From Clostridia bacterium (GTDB taxonomy: Bacteria; Bacillota; Clostridia; UMGS1883): a stretch of DNA of 64,000 bases. The position numbers and the translations under genes were made by a program. The number at the start of each line of letters is the position of its first letter. Positions within the stretch are counted from its first letter, which is position 1. Under the pieces are notes generated by a model. It worked only from the letters and a program-made list of their open reading frames with translations. It was not told the DNA's origin and made no database searches. The DNA is taken from the NCBI GenBank assembly GCA_045604905.1, contig JAZUOX010000006.1, positions 772 to 64,771 of the forward strand, written 5' to 3'. This document shows, piece after piece, positions 20,196-29,250 of the stretch.

Positions 20196-22304
20196 TTATG
20201 CGGTGGGTGCCGTTTTTATTATAGTGCCTCCACCAATTACCGTATCGTCACTATATAAAACTACTGCCTGACCTTTGGTTATTGCACGTTGCGGCTCGTC
20301 AAAGGTAACGCGGATAGTATTTTCGTCAAGTTGTACTACCGTTGCATCTGCAGGGGTGTGACGGTAGCGGATTTTCGCTTTAACACGCATAGGCGTATAT
20401 AAATCGTCAACTGCGGTAAGGTTAATGTCGTTTGCCATAAGTTCACTCGAGAACAAATCCTCGTGAGGGCAAAGGATAACTGCATTTTTATCTGTATCAA
20501 TATCGCATACATAAAGGGGGGCAGGTAATGCAAGTCCAAGTCCTTTTCGCTGACCTACGGTGTAGGAAATAATTCCCTTATGGGTTCCGAGGACATTTCC
20601 GTCTTTGTCAATAAAATTACCTTCGGGATAGTCTTTCTCTGTATAACGGCGGATAAAGTCCGTATAATCTTCGTCTTTAACAAAGCATATATCCTGACTG
20701 TCCTTTTTGTGAGCATTTACAAGATTATGCTTTTCTGCAATAGCGCGTGCTTCCTCCTTTGTCATATTGCCAAGGGGGAAGAGAGTTCTTGCAAGCTGCT
20801 CCTTTGTCAATGAATAAAGAACATAGCTCTGGTCCTTTGAGGGGTCAAGGGCTTTTTTTAATACGTATCTGTCATTTTCCTTTTCAATACGTGCATAGTG
20901 TCCAGTTGCGATAAAGTCGCATCCAAGAGCCTCCGCCTCTTTAAATAATCTTTCAAACTTAAGGTGCCTGTTACACTCTATACACGGATTAGGTGTTGCA
21001 CCGTTTTCATAGGCAGAAACAAATTTGTCCACTACCTTTTCACAGAAATCGGGGGAGAAATCGTATACAAAATGCTCCATAGAAAGTGCATCGCACACCT
21101 TTTTTGCATCTTCTATATCCTCAAGACTGCAGCAGGCGTGTTCTTCGTCAATGGGTATTTGCGCTCCGAGAAGCTTCATTGTAGCGCCAACGCAGTCATA
21201 CCCTTTTTCTTTCATCAGATGTGCCGCAACCGAGGAATCAACACCGCCACTCATAGCCACAAGGCATTTGTTACCTGCAGGTTTTTTTACATTTCCAATT
21301 GCAGTCACTACCTTATAACCTGCATTTTTTACACGCTTTTCAAGGAGTGCACGGCTCTGTGCCGCTTCCTCCCCTGTGGCAATTTTATTGTCGTAAATAC
21401 TGTAAAGCTTTCTGAATCTCTGGGGCGAAAGGTTGGGCATAACTACATTTGCCCCTGCCTGAAGTCCTCTTTCTCTGCCGTCCTCAGCGAGTGTACCCAG
21501 TGCCGTTGTCGCGGGTAGCAGTGCATGGGGGAACATTAAACGAAGTACGGAAATAAGCCGTATCGTTAATTCCACACTGCCGTTTTCAAAATCCTTGAAG
21601 GGCGTTTCCTTATGATTAACGTACGGTCCTATTCCAACCATATCGGGCTGAAGTTCTTTAAGGAAGAACAGGTCTGAAATAATGTTGTCAATAGTCTGAT
21701 AAGGCGAGCCGACCATAAATCCGCTACCTACCTGATAACCGATTTTCTTCAGGTCATAAAGACAACGTTTACGGTTTTCAAGGCTCATTTCTGCAGGGTG
21801 GAGCTTATTGTAGTGTTCTTCTTCTGCAGTTTCGTGCCTTAACAGAAAGCGGTTTGCACCTGCATTGAAATAGGCAAGATAACTGTCGTAAGACCTTTCG
21901 CCAACAGATATAGTGATAGCGCAATCGGGAAATTCCCCCCTGATGGTTCTTATAATATCGCAAAATCTTTCATCAGTAAAATAGGGGTCTTCGCCTCCCT
22001 GAAGCACAAAGGTGCGGAAACCCAAGGTGTAACCCTCACGGCAACACTCCATAATTTCATCCTTTGAAAGACGGTAACGTTCCGCCTTTTTGTTGTCGCA
22101 CCTTATACCGCAGTAATAGCAGTTGTTTTTGCAGAAATTTGAAAACTCAATAAGACCGCGGATATAAACATCGGTGCCGTAGATTTCCCTGCGTACCGAA
22201 TCTGCAGTCTTAAAAAGCTCTTCGTCATATTTATCTGTTGAAAGTAATTTTTTGAACTCATCTCTTGTGAGAATATGTTCTTCTTTTAACTTTTTTACCA
22301 ACAT
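20196..22304 (-). CDS. Fusion protein: [FeFe]-hydrogenase H-cluster radical SAM maturase HydE (N-terminal) plus tRNA 2-thiouridine(34) synthase MnmA (C-terminal)
   Basis: The N-terminal ~345 aa is collinear with T. maritima HydE as recalled (IEFSNFCKNNCYYCGIR, VLQGGEDPY, RFLLRHETA, GSGFMVGSPYQT, PATTALGT, GANVVMPN). The C-terminal ~355 aa is a complete MnmA (PP-loop VAMSGGVDSSVAA, NPCIECNRHLKF, KDSQDICFV). The junction AIGNVKKPAGNKCLVAMSGG (nt 21241-21302) has no stop and no internal start. The ATG at 22304 is preceded by AAAGGTG; the listed GTG is at 22313. Confidence 0.85.
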   Translation of the reverse strand: MLVKKLKEEHILTRDEFKKLLSTDKYDEELFKTADSVRREIYGTDVYIRGLIEFSNFCKNNCYYCGIRCDNKKAERYRLSKDEIMECCREGYTLGFRTFVLQGGEDPYFTDERFCDIIRTIRGEFPDCAITISVGERSYDSYLAYFNAGANRFLLRHETAEEEHYNKLHPAEMSLENRKRCLYDLKKIGYQVGSGFMVGSPYQTIDNIISDLFFLKELQPDMVGIGPYVNHKETPFKDFENGSVELTIRLISVLRLMFPHALLPATTALGTLAEDGRERGLQAGANVVMPNLSPQRFRKLYSIYDNKIATGEEAAQSRALLEKRVKNAGYKVVTAIGNVKKPAGNKCLVAMSGGVDSSVAAHLMKEKGYDCVGATMKLLGAQIPIDEEHACCSLEDIEDAKKVCDALSMEHFVYDFSPDFCEKVVDKFVSAYENGATPNPCIECNRHLKFERLFKEAEALGCDFIATGHYARIEKENDRYVLKKALDPSKDQSYVLYSLTKEQLARTLFPLGNMTKEEARAIAEKHNLVNAHKKDSQDICFVKDEDYTDFIRRYTEKDYPEGNFIDKDGNVLGTHKGIISYTVGQRKGLGLALPAPLYVCDIDTDKNAVILCPHEDLFSSELMANDINLTAVDDLYTPMRVKAKIRYRHTPADATVVQLDENTIRVTFDEPQRAITKGQAVVLYSDDTVIGGGTIIKTAPTA

Positions 22305-22354
22305 AAAGTTCACCTTTTTAAATAGTCTGCACCAAGCGGTACAGACTATTTGTA

Positions 22355-23446
22355 TTATAACTTATTCTTACAATAATCAATGATAGAAATTTTCGTATCA
22401 TCTTCCGGCATATACGGAAGGAATTTCTCAATATATTTCTTGAGAAGTTCTCTGTCAACCTTTTTTGGCTTGTCGCCTACAAGATTTACAAAGTTATCGC
22501 ACTCTATTGCACGCACCTTTTCGTCAGAAAGCCCCATACCTTTAATTGTGCAGGTACTGTCATAATAGCTGAATGCAGTATATTCATCATCTGTTGCAAA
22601 GAAGCGGTATACATCACTGCAAAGGGGCTTTGTAAGTGTTTCAAAATCCGAATAGTTGTTTGCATCCGTACCGAAAATGATACGGTTATAGTATTTCTCA
22701 AAAAATGCTTTAAATTCATCATATTTTCCTACCGATGCCTGGAAAAGTGCAGGACCGGGCGCAAGGTCAATTGATGTGTTGGAGTATTTATCCAGTACCT
22801 TTGCAAGTTCCTGGAGGCAATGCCCCATAAAGAAACCATGGGGAAGAGTAATTCTTATACCGGGGAAACGGTCAAGAACATTATAAACCTCACCGTAAAT
22901 TTCTTCTATTGATGCATAAGTTCCGTCACCGTAGAACCAACCCTTTTCCTTGAAAATCGGGGGAACTTTGTCCTCATCCCAGAAATCGTGGGGATCGGCA
23001 ACGTGGGAATTCATGGGGATATCGTTATCCTCAATATATTTAAAGAACGCATCATAGCCTTTTTTATCAATGCCGTATGCAAGCTTTTTATGAAGTGACG
23101 GCTTTGACTCAAGGAGCTTTATTCCGTCAAATCCCATTGCCATAAATTCTTCAGCCTGTGCTTTGAAGTCAAACTTTTCGGCAAGCTCATCATTAATAGG
23201 TGCTTCGGGATAGAAAAGACCACCGTAAGAATATGCAGTTTCGTCCTCAAGCTTTAAAATAGCACCCACAATATTCTGTGCCATTGAATATACACCGCGG
23301 GATTCCCCTGCCATAGGGAGTGACAGAGTATTTACTGCATAAAGACCGCACTTCTCTTTATAGTTTTTAAATGAATCTATAAATGAAACACCGTCTGTAT
23401 TCCACTGACAAATATGGCAGTGGGAGTCAATAATTTTTCTTGCCAT
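22355..23446 (-). CDS. Amidohydrolase_2-like metal-dependent hydrolase (paralogue 2)
   Basis: N-terminal IIDSHCHICQW (H-x-H) and C-terminal IIFGTDANNY. Collinear paralogue of the 23446..24543 gene, with roughly half the positions identical by eye. Confidence 0.7.
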   Translation of the reverse strand: MARKIIDSHCHICQWNTDGVSFIDSFKNYKEKCGLYAVNTLSLPMAGESRGVYSMAQNIVGAILKLEDETAYSYGGLFYPEAPINDELAEKFDFKAQAEEFMAMGFDGIKLLESKPSLHKKLAYGIDKKGYDAFFKYIEDNDIPMNSHVADPHDFWDEDKVPPIFKEKGWFYGDGTYASIEEIYGEVYNVLDRFPGIRITLPHGFFMGHCLQELAKVLDKYSNTSIDLAPGPALFQASVGKYDEFKAFFEKYYNRIIFGTDANNYSDFETLTKPLCSDVYRFFATDDEYTAFSYYDSTCTIKGMGLSDEKVRAIECDNFVNLVGDKPKKVDRELLKKYIEKFLPYMPEDDTKISIIDYCKNKL

Positions 23447-24543
23447 CAGAAATTCTCCTTATAATACTTAATAATCTCGTCCTTTGTTTCACCGTCTACA
23501 AGATTGGGGATAAATCCTTCAATGTATTTACCCAGAGCCTTGCGGTCAATTTCCTTCGGAGCTTTGTGCCCTACAATATCAAGATAATTTCCCGCAAGAA
23601 CTGCATTGAGCTTCTCTTCATCAAGTCCCATACCGTGAAGAGTACATTCGCTGTCGTAATAGTCAAATGCACTGTAAACATCGTCTGTTGCAATGAATCG
23701 GTATACATCATTGAAGAGGCTCTCTGTAAGGGGGAAGGGAGAGTAATTTTTTGCATCTGTTGCAAAAAGAATTCTCTTATAGTATTTATTAAAAAATGCT
23801 TTCCAGTTTTCGTAGTCCTTTGACATTGCCTCTAAAAATACAGGACCGGGAGCAAGGTCTGTGTAAACATTTTCGTAAGTTTCAAAAAGCTGTGATAAAC
23901 CTTCCGGACTATCGCAAAGGAAAAATCCGTGGGGAAGTGTTACCTTAAGCTTCGGATGACGTTCGAGCACGTTATAAACCTCGGCATAAATTTCTTCCTT
24001 AGTGGCAAAAGTGCCGTCACCGTAAAACCAGCCGTTCTGTCTTGCAAGAGGCGGTGCGGTTTCAGGGTCCCAGAAATTATGGGGGTCATTAACGTGCATA
24101 AGAAGGGGAATTCCGTTTTCTTCAAGATAAGCGAAATACTCCTCATACCCTTCTCTGTCAACACCATATTTTAGCTTTTTGTTTATAGTAGGCTTTGACT
24201 CAAACATTTTCATACCGTCAAAACCGATTTCCATAAGGGTTTCAGCCTGCTTTTTAAAGTTATATTCTGCAGTTTTCTCAGGAATAATAGGTGCATCGGG
24301 ATAGAAAAGTCCGCCGTATACATATGTAGAATTTGTCTTGTCCTCAAGCTTTGAAATAGCACCAAGGATATTCTGTGCAGGGCAAAAATGTGTAGCCCAC
24401 CCCTTTATTCCCGGAACGCAGAGAAGCAAGAATCCTGTTACACCGCATTTTTCACGATACTCCTGCTGAAATTCAAGGAATGTCTGCCCGTGGGAATACC
24501 ACTGACAGTTATGATAATGTGCATCTATAATCTGTCTTTTCAT
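23446..24543 (-). CDS. Amidohydrolase_2-like metal-dependent hydrolase (paralogue 1)
   Basis: IIDAHYHNCQW and ILFATDAKNY. Its start overlaps the galK stop (ATGA at 24540-24543), and its stop overlaps the next start by 1 nt. Confidence 0.7.
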   Translation of the reverse strand: MKRQIIDAHYHNCQWYSHGQTFLEFQQEYREKCGVTGFLLLCVPGIKGWATHFCPAQNILGAISKLEDKTNSTYVYGGLFYPDAPIIPEKTAEYNFKKQAETLMEIGFDGMKMFESKPTINKKLKYGVDREGYEEYFAYLEENGIPLLMHVNDPHNFWDPETAPPLARQNGWFYGDGTFATKEEIYAEVYNVLERHPKLKVTLPHGFFLCDSPEGLSQLFETYENVYTDLAPGPVFLEAMSKDYENWKAFFNKYYKRILFATDAKNYSPFPLTESLFNDVYRFIATDDVYSAFDYYDSECTLHGMGLDEEKLNAVLAGNYLDIVGHKAPKEIDRKALGKYIEGFIPNLVDGETKDEIIKYYKENF

Positions 24544-25721
24544 AATATCTCCATACCGCCGTCACCGATATCGTCAATCAGAACTGTCGGTGCATAGCCG
24601 ATTTTTTCAGTGTAATTTTTAGTAACTTTTTCAATAAATTCATCAATAGCGTCTTCTTTTACAATGGAAACTGTACTTCCGCCAAAGCCTGCACCTGTCA
24701 TTCTTGAACCGAGAACACCGTCAATCTTTCTTGCCTCTTCAACAAGGGTGTCAAGCTCAATTCCTGTTACCTCGTAAAGGTCACGAAGCGAATCGTGACT
24801 TTCATTCATAAGTCTGCCGAAAAGTTCTATGTCACCATTTTCCAGAGCATCTATACTTTTAAGAACTCTGTCATCTTCGTATATAACATGGGTGATTCTT
24901 TTAAGGATGGTTTCGTCTTTGATATTTGATTTAACCGATTCAAACATTTCAACCGTTACATCTCCGAGACATTTGACGTCGGGAAGCGATTTTTTGAGGA
25001 TTTCAAGACCGGTTTCACATTCCCCTCTGCGTTCATTATATTTGCTTGACGCAAGTGAGTGCTTTTTGTTTGTGTTTGTTATAACAAGCTTGCAACCGTC
25101 CATTTTGAGGGGGATAAGCTTATAATCCATAACCTTGCAGTCAAGGTATATAGCGTGGTTTTTCTTACCTTTTGCAGATGCAAACTGATCCATAATACCA
25201 CACTTTACATTGCAGTAATTATGCTCTGCACTCTGTCCGATAAATGCCATTTCGGTCATATCGGGAGCCCCTTTGCCATTTTTCTCATTTGAAAGTGTCG
25301 CGAGGGCGAGCGCCGTACAAACCTCAATTGCTGCAGATGACGAAAGTCCGCCACCATGAGGAAGTGTATCGTCATAAAGCATATCGCAGCCTATGACATC
25401 GTAGCCGCTTTTTTGCAGTTCAAGACAGACTCCTGCCTGATAGTTGCCCCACCTCAGGTCACGGTATGAGTCGAGATCTGATATATCAAGCTCGACAATA
25501 TCCGGAAGGTCTGTCGCCTTCAAGTGAATAAATTCTTCTCCGTTAGGACGGAGAAGAATTGTTGTGCCCATTGTAAGAGCAGCCGGGAAAACAAACCCGC
25601 CGTTATAGTCCGTGTGTTCTCCTATAAGATTAACTCTGCCGGGAGAATGAAAAATTCTGATATCATTTTCATTTCCTCCATAGAGCGCGATAAATTCTTC
25701 TTTAAGCTGTGTAATATTCAT
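24540..25721 (-). CDS. galK: Galactokinase
   Basis: Galactokinase signature GRVNLIGEHTDYNGG, GHMP motif PHGGGLSSSAA, and C-terminal MTGAGFGG. Confidence 0.94.
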   Translation of the reverse strand: MNITQLKEEFIALYGGNENDIRIFHSPGRVNLIGEHTDYNGGFVFPAALTMGTTILLRPNGEEFIHLKATDLPDIVELDISDLDSYRDLRWGNYQAGVCLELQKSGYDVIGCDMLYDDTLPHGGGLSSSAAIEVCTALALATLSNEKNGKGAPDMTEMAFIGQSAEHNYCNVKCGIMDQFASAKGKKNHAIYLDCKVMDYKLIPLKMDGCKLVITNTNKKHSLASSKYNERRGECETGLEILKKSLPDVKCLGDVTVEMFESVKSNIKDETILKRITHVIYEDDRVLKSIDALENGDIELFGRLMNESHDSLRDLYEVTGIELDTLVEEARKIDGVLGSRMTGAGFGGSTVSIVKEDAIDEFIEKVTKNYTEKIGYAPTVLIDDIGDGGMEIL

Positions 25722-25733
25722 AGGGGGTCTCCT

Positions 25734-26264
25734 TTAAATGTTTTTTGTGAGTATCGAAAGAAATTCCGAATACATTGCCTGCGGATTGTTTTTGAAAGCT
25801 CCGCATATTTTTTTTGCCATAACTTCGTCTCCGACAGAAAGGTTAAGACTGAACATATCAAAGCTGCCCTCAGAAATGCCCAGCGAAACATTGTATTCAA
25901 TATCGTTAAGCTTTTTGTAATCAGCTTTTATACTGAGCGCATTTTTGAGGTCTTTAACCTTGATTTTTATTGCCCGCAGAAGCCTTTCACGGACAGTTTT
26001 CGGTGTTCTGTCCCCAAAAAATTCAAGAGCTTCCCGACCTTTTTGGGTGATTGAGTAGAATCTTTCGTCATTCTCCGTAAAAAATGTGACAAAACCTTCA
26101 TCCTCAAGTTCACCGATTCTTTGCTGAAGGTCAAAATAATTGACAAACGGCTCAAGCATAAGGGTATCCACAATAAATGCATTAGGAACAGGAGTTTTAA
26201 AATTTTCAATAATATACAGTGCAATGAGCTTTACATCAAGCTTGTCGTCAAAACAGTAATCCAC
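25734..26264 (-). CDS. DUF4364-family protein (putative winged-helix)
   Basis: ...KLIALYIIENFKTPVPNAFIVDTLMLEPFVNYFDLQQRIGELEDEGFV... matches the recalled DUF4364 pattern of Clostridia. Confidence 0.65.
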   Translation of the reverse strand: MDYCFDDKLDVKLIALYIIENFKTPVPNAFIVDTLMLEPFVNYFDLQQRIGELEDEGFVTFFTENDERFYSITQKGREALEFFGDRTPKTVRERLLRAIKIKVKDLKNALSIKADYKKLNDIEYNVSLGISEGSFDMFSLNLSVGDEVMAKKICGAFKNNPQAMYSEFLSILTKNI

Positions 26265-26290
26265 AGTCAGTCCTCCGAAATAGTATTGTT

Positions 26291-27181
26291 TCAGTACATG
26301 TCTTCGTCATCAGGGTTTATAATTTCACCTTCTTCGTTTACAATAAGTGACGGTTCGTCAAATTGTGATGGGAACGCCTTTGAAACAATAAAGTTAATCA
26401 CAACAAGTGCGACATACACAATAAGTATTTCGAACAGCATACTTACTACAAATACTGAGAAAAATCCGTAAAGAGATGTAAGTGGTTCAACACCACCTTT
26501 TGAGTAATGAAGAAGATAGTCGTATATGGGATAATCATACATAATTTTGTAGAGAATCGCCATAAGAAGAACATTTACAAATGTTGATATAGAAAATCTT
26601 GTCAGTGACACTTTTGCCAAAAGGTCGGTGTAAAAACCGCGGAAACGTGTTCCGAACCACATGGCTTTGTGTCTGTAAAGAAGCCATCCGTGCAAAAAGC
26701 CCGCAACTGTTGCACAGATAAAGTAGATTGCATAAAAACGCTGAAGTTTGACAATCATTCTGACGATTGTACAAAGAGCAACGCCTATTGCGCAGGTAAC
26801 AGGACCGAAAAAGTAGCCTAAAATAGCGTTTATAGTTATGTCAAGGTTTGTTGTTATCGCCTGCTCTACATTGATATTATAGTACTTAAAATCAACAGAG
26901 CCTGCCCAACCAAGAAGGATATACAGCGCAATAAGGAATATAATAACGATAATCGTAACAGGGCTGCGCATATGACTCAGCGAACTCATCATCATAACCT
27001 TGCAGTTTTCCCAGTAGCGCTGAAGAGAGTCAATAATATAGTCTTTTCTTGTTCTGAATCCCTGGAAATCTTCCTCACCATCACCGTAAGAATTTTCCTG
27101 ATATGGTGAAAATTTAGCTCCGAGAGTTTCGTTTTCTGTTTCGTAATTTTGCGGTTGAGAATTGTCTTTTTCTTTTTTCAT
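26291..27181 (-). CDS. Multi-pass membrane protein with acidic cytoplasmic termini, function unknown (weakly ECF S-component-like)
   Basis: ~60-aa polar/acidic N-terminus, about 5-6 hydrophobic helices (a GYFFGPVTCAIGVAL-type segment), and an acidic C-terminal tail (NPDDEDMY). Confidence 0.6.
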   Translation of the reverse strand: MKKEKDNSQPQNYETENETLGAKFSPYQENSYGDGEEDFQGFRTRKDYIIDSLQRYWENCKVMMMSSLSHMRSPVTIIVIIFLIALYILLGWAGSVDFKYYNINVEQAITTNLDITINAILGYFFGPVTCAIGVALCTIVRMIVKLQRFYAIYFICATVAGFLHGWLLYRHKAMWFGTRFRGFYTDLLAKVSLTRFSISTFVNVLLMAILYKIMYDYPIYDYLLHYSKGGVEPLTSLYGFFSVFVVSMLFEILIVYVALVVINFIVSKAFPSQFDEPSLIVNEEGEIINPDDEDMY

Positions 27182-27263
27182 AATTATTCCCTCCGAAATA
27201 TGATATCTATGTATACATATTCTATTATACTATACTGCTTTCGGCTTTTCAATATATATTTTG

Positions 27264-27896
27264 TTATTTCAGACTACATTTTTTGCAGACTGTGTTTGCG
27301 GGACACTCTGCACACTTTGGTGCTCTTGCTGTGCAAAGAGCCCTTCCGTGAAGAACCAGTCTGTGACAGAAATCACTGTGCTCAGAGCGGGGAAGGAGCT
27401 TTTCGGTATCTTTCTCTACCTTGACAGGCTCAGTTTCCTTTGTAAGACCTACTCTGTAAAGTATTCTTTTTGCGTGAGTATCAATAACCATACCGCCTTT
27501 TCCGAAAAGGTCTCCAAGGACAAGGTTGGCAGTTTTTCTTCCTACACCGTCCAATGTGAGTAGCTCTTCCATTGTACCGGGAACTTCTCCACCGAAGTTA
27601 TCAATGATTTTACGACAGCAGTTAATGACATTTTTAGCCTTGTTGTGATAAAAACCGATTGAATGAATATCTTTTTCCAGTTCTTCCTGAGATGCACTTG
27701 CAAAAGCCTCTGCATCGGGATATTTTTTAAACAGTGACTCTGTAACAATGTTGACTCTCGCATCTGTACATTGAGCAGAAAGCTGTGTAGCGATAAGAAG
27801 CTCAAGGGGATTTGAGTAATTAAGCGAGCAAATAGCATCAGGATAAATTTCTTTAAGTATTTTGCAGAAATTTTCTGCCCGTTCTTTTCTTGTCAT
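27264..27896 (-). CDS. nth: Endonuclease III (DNA-(apurinic/apyrimidinic site) lyase)
   Basis: HhH-GPD core (LTLDGVGRKTANLVLG...VIDTH) and C-terminal 4Fe-4S loop (CTARAPKCAECPANTVC). The ATG at 27896 follows GAGGAGG, so the listed 28025 start adds an unsupported 43 aa. Confidence 0.92.
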   Translation of the reverse strand: MTRKERAENFCKILKEIYPDAICSLNYSNPLELLIATQLSAQCTDARVNIVTESLFKKYPDAEAFASASQEELEKDIHSIGFYHNKAKNVINCCRKIIDNFGGEVPGTMEELLTLDGVGRKTANLVLGDLFGKGGMVIDTHAKRILYRVGLTKETEPVKVEKDTEKLLPRSEHSDFCHRLVLHGRALCTARAPKCAECPANTVCKKCSLK

Positions 27897-27987
27897 TTTA
27901 TTGCCTCCTCTGAATAAATACATTTTAACATAAAAGTCTTGTTTTTGGAAGAAAAACTTTGTATAATATATTGGTGAGGTGAAATTT

Positions 27988-29250
27988 ATGCGCAAACCTT
28001 TGGCAGATAGAATGCGCCCCGTCACTTTGGAGGATGTTGTAGGACAGAAACATATTCTTGGAGAGGGTAAGGTGCTTTACAATATAATACAGAGCGGTGA
28101 AATACCGAATATGATTTTTTACGGTCCTAGCGGAATCGGAAAAACCACCGTTGCAAATATTGCTGCTCAGAAAGCGGGGAAGCCACTATATAAGCTTAAT
28201 GCGACAAACGCCTCGGTATCTGATATAAAATCAATGCTTCAGGAAGCGGAGTCAATGCTTGGTGCTGACGGAGTTGTGCTTTATCTTGATGAGATTCAGA
28301 ATTTTAATAAAAAACAGCAGCAGAGTCTTCTTGAATGTATCGAAAACGGCAAAGTGACTTTAATTGCATCTACTACGGAAAATCCGTATTTTTACATATA
28401 TAATGCGATTTTGTCCCGTTCAACGGTGTTTGAGTTTAATCCCGTTGAGCCTGATGATGTAAAGGAAGCACTAAAAAGGGCGACAGAAAAACTAAGTGAC
28501 GATTATTCTCTTAAAATTGATGAGGAAGCTTACGACCACATGGCACAGTCTGCCTGCGGTGATGTGAGAAAAGCACTTAATTCTCTTGAGGTTGCAATTA
28601 TGGCTGCCAGACCTGATGCAGAGCAGAACATAGTTGTAAATCTTAATTTAGCGGAATCTGTAACAATGAAAAAAGCGTTCCGCCACGACCGTGACGGTGA
28701 CAGTCATTACGATGTTTTAAGTGCTTTTCAGAAATCCGTTAGGGGAAGTGATCCCGATGCAGCGCTACACTATCTTGCACGCCTTGTTGCAGCAGGAGAT
28801 TTGCAAAGTATATGCAGAAGAATTCTTGTAATGGCGGCAGAGGATATAGGTCTTGCATACCCCAATGCAATTGTTATTACAAAATCCTGCGTTGATGCGG
28901 CACTTCAGCTTGGCTTCCCGGAAGCTAGGATTCCTCTTGCCGAGGCAGTAATTATGCTTGCAACATCGCCTAAATCAAACAGTGCAATCTGCGGTATTGA
29001 TGCGGCACTTTCTGATATAAACGACGGCTTAATGGGGGATATTCCTGCACACCTCAAGGATTCTCACTACAGTGGTGCATCCTCCCTCGGACACGGAAAC
29101 GGATATAAATATCCCCACGCTTATCCGCATAGCTATGTAAAACAACAATACTTGCCAGATACACTTCTCGGCAGAAAATATTATCAGTACGGAGAAAACA
29201 AACTGGAATCGCAGACAAAAAGTTACTGGGACGCAATTAAAAAAGGTTGA
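27988..29250 (+). CDS. rarA: Replication-associated recombination protein A (RarA/MgsA AAA+ ATPase)
   Basis: MRKPLADRMRPVTLEDVVGQKHIL..., Walker A GPSGIGKTT, Walker B LYLDEIQNF. The C-terminal MgsA domain is present (SHYDVLSAFQKSVRGSDPDAALHYLARL). Confidence 0.92.
   Translation: MRKPLADRMRPVTLEDVVGQKHILGEGKVLYNIIQSGEIPNMIFYGPSGIGKTTVANIAAQKAGKPLYKLNATNASVSDIKSMLQEAESMLGADGVVLYLDEIQNFNKKQQQSLLECIENGKVTLIASTTENPYFYIYNAILSRSTVFEFNPVEPDDVKEALKRATEKLSDDYSLKIDEEAYDHMAQSACGDVRKALNSLEVAIMAARPDAEQNIVVNLNLAESVTMKKAFRHDRDGDSHYDVLSAFQKSVRGSDPDAALHYLARLVAAGDLQSICRRILVMAAEDIGLAYPNAIVITKSCVDAALQLGFPEARIPLAEAVIMLATSPKSNSAICGIDAALSDINDGLMGDIPAHLKDSHYSGASSLGHGNGYKYPHAYPHSYVKQQYLPDTLLGRKYYQYGENKLESQTKSYWDAIKKG

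Noticed and set aside
22322-22351. Hairpin TAGTCTGCAC-CAAGCG-GTACAGACTA between the second amidohydrolase and hydE-mnmA as an intrinsic terminator
   Set aside because: On the transcribed (minus) strand it is followed by TTTAAAAAGG rather than a U tract, and it abuts the hydE RBS. It may be a processing or stability element, but it cannot be called a terminator from sequence alone.
27897-28025. Long N-terminal extensions offered by the ORF track (nth 28025, rbfA 33279, AraC 7252, GH 38771, GH3 40398, sdaAB 56863, tetR 58361, pheS 49963, yqeG 45158, yabP 4058)
   Set aside because: In each case an internal ATG or TTG is preceded at 6-9 nt by a GGAGG-like RBS. The extension is non-homologous, crosses an upstream gene, terminator or repeat, or lacks an RBS.
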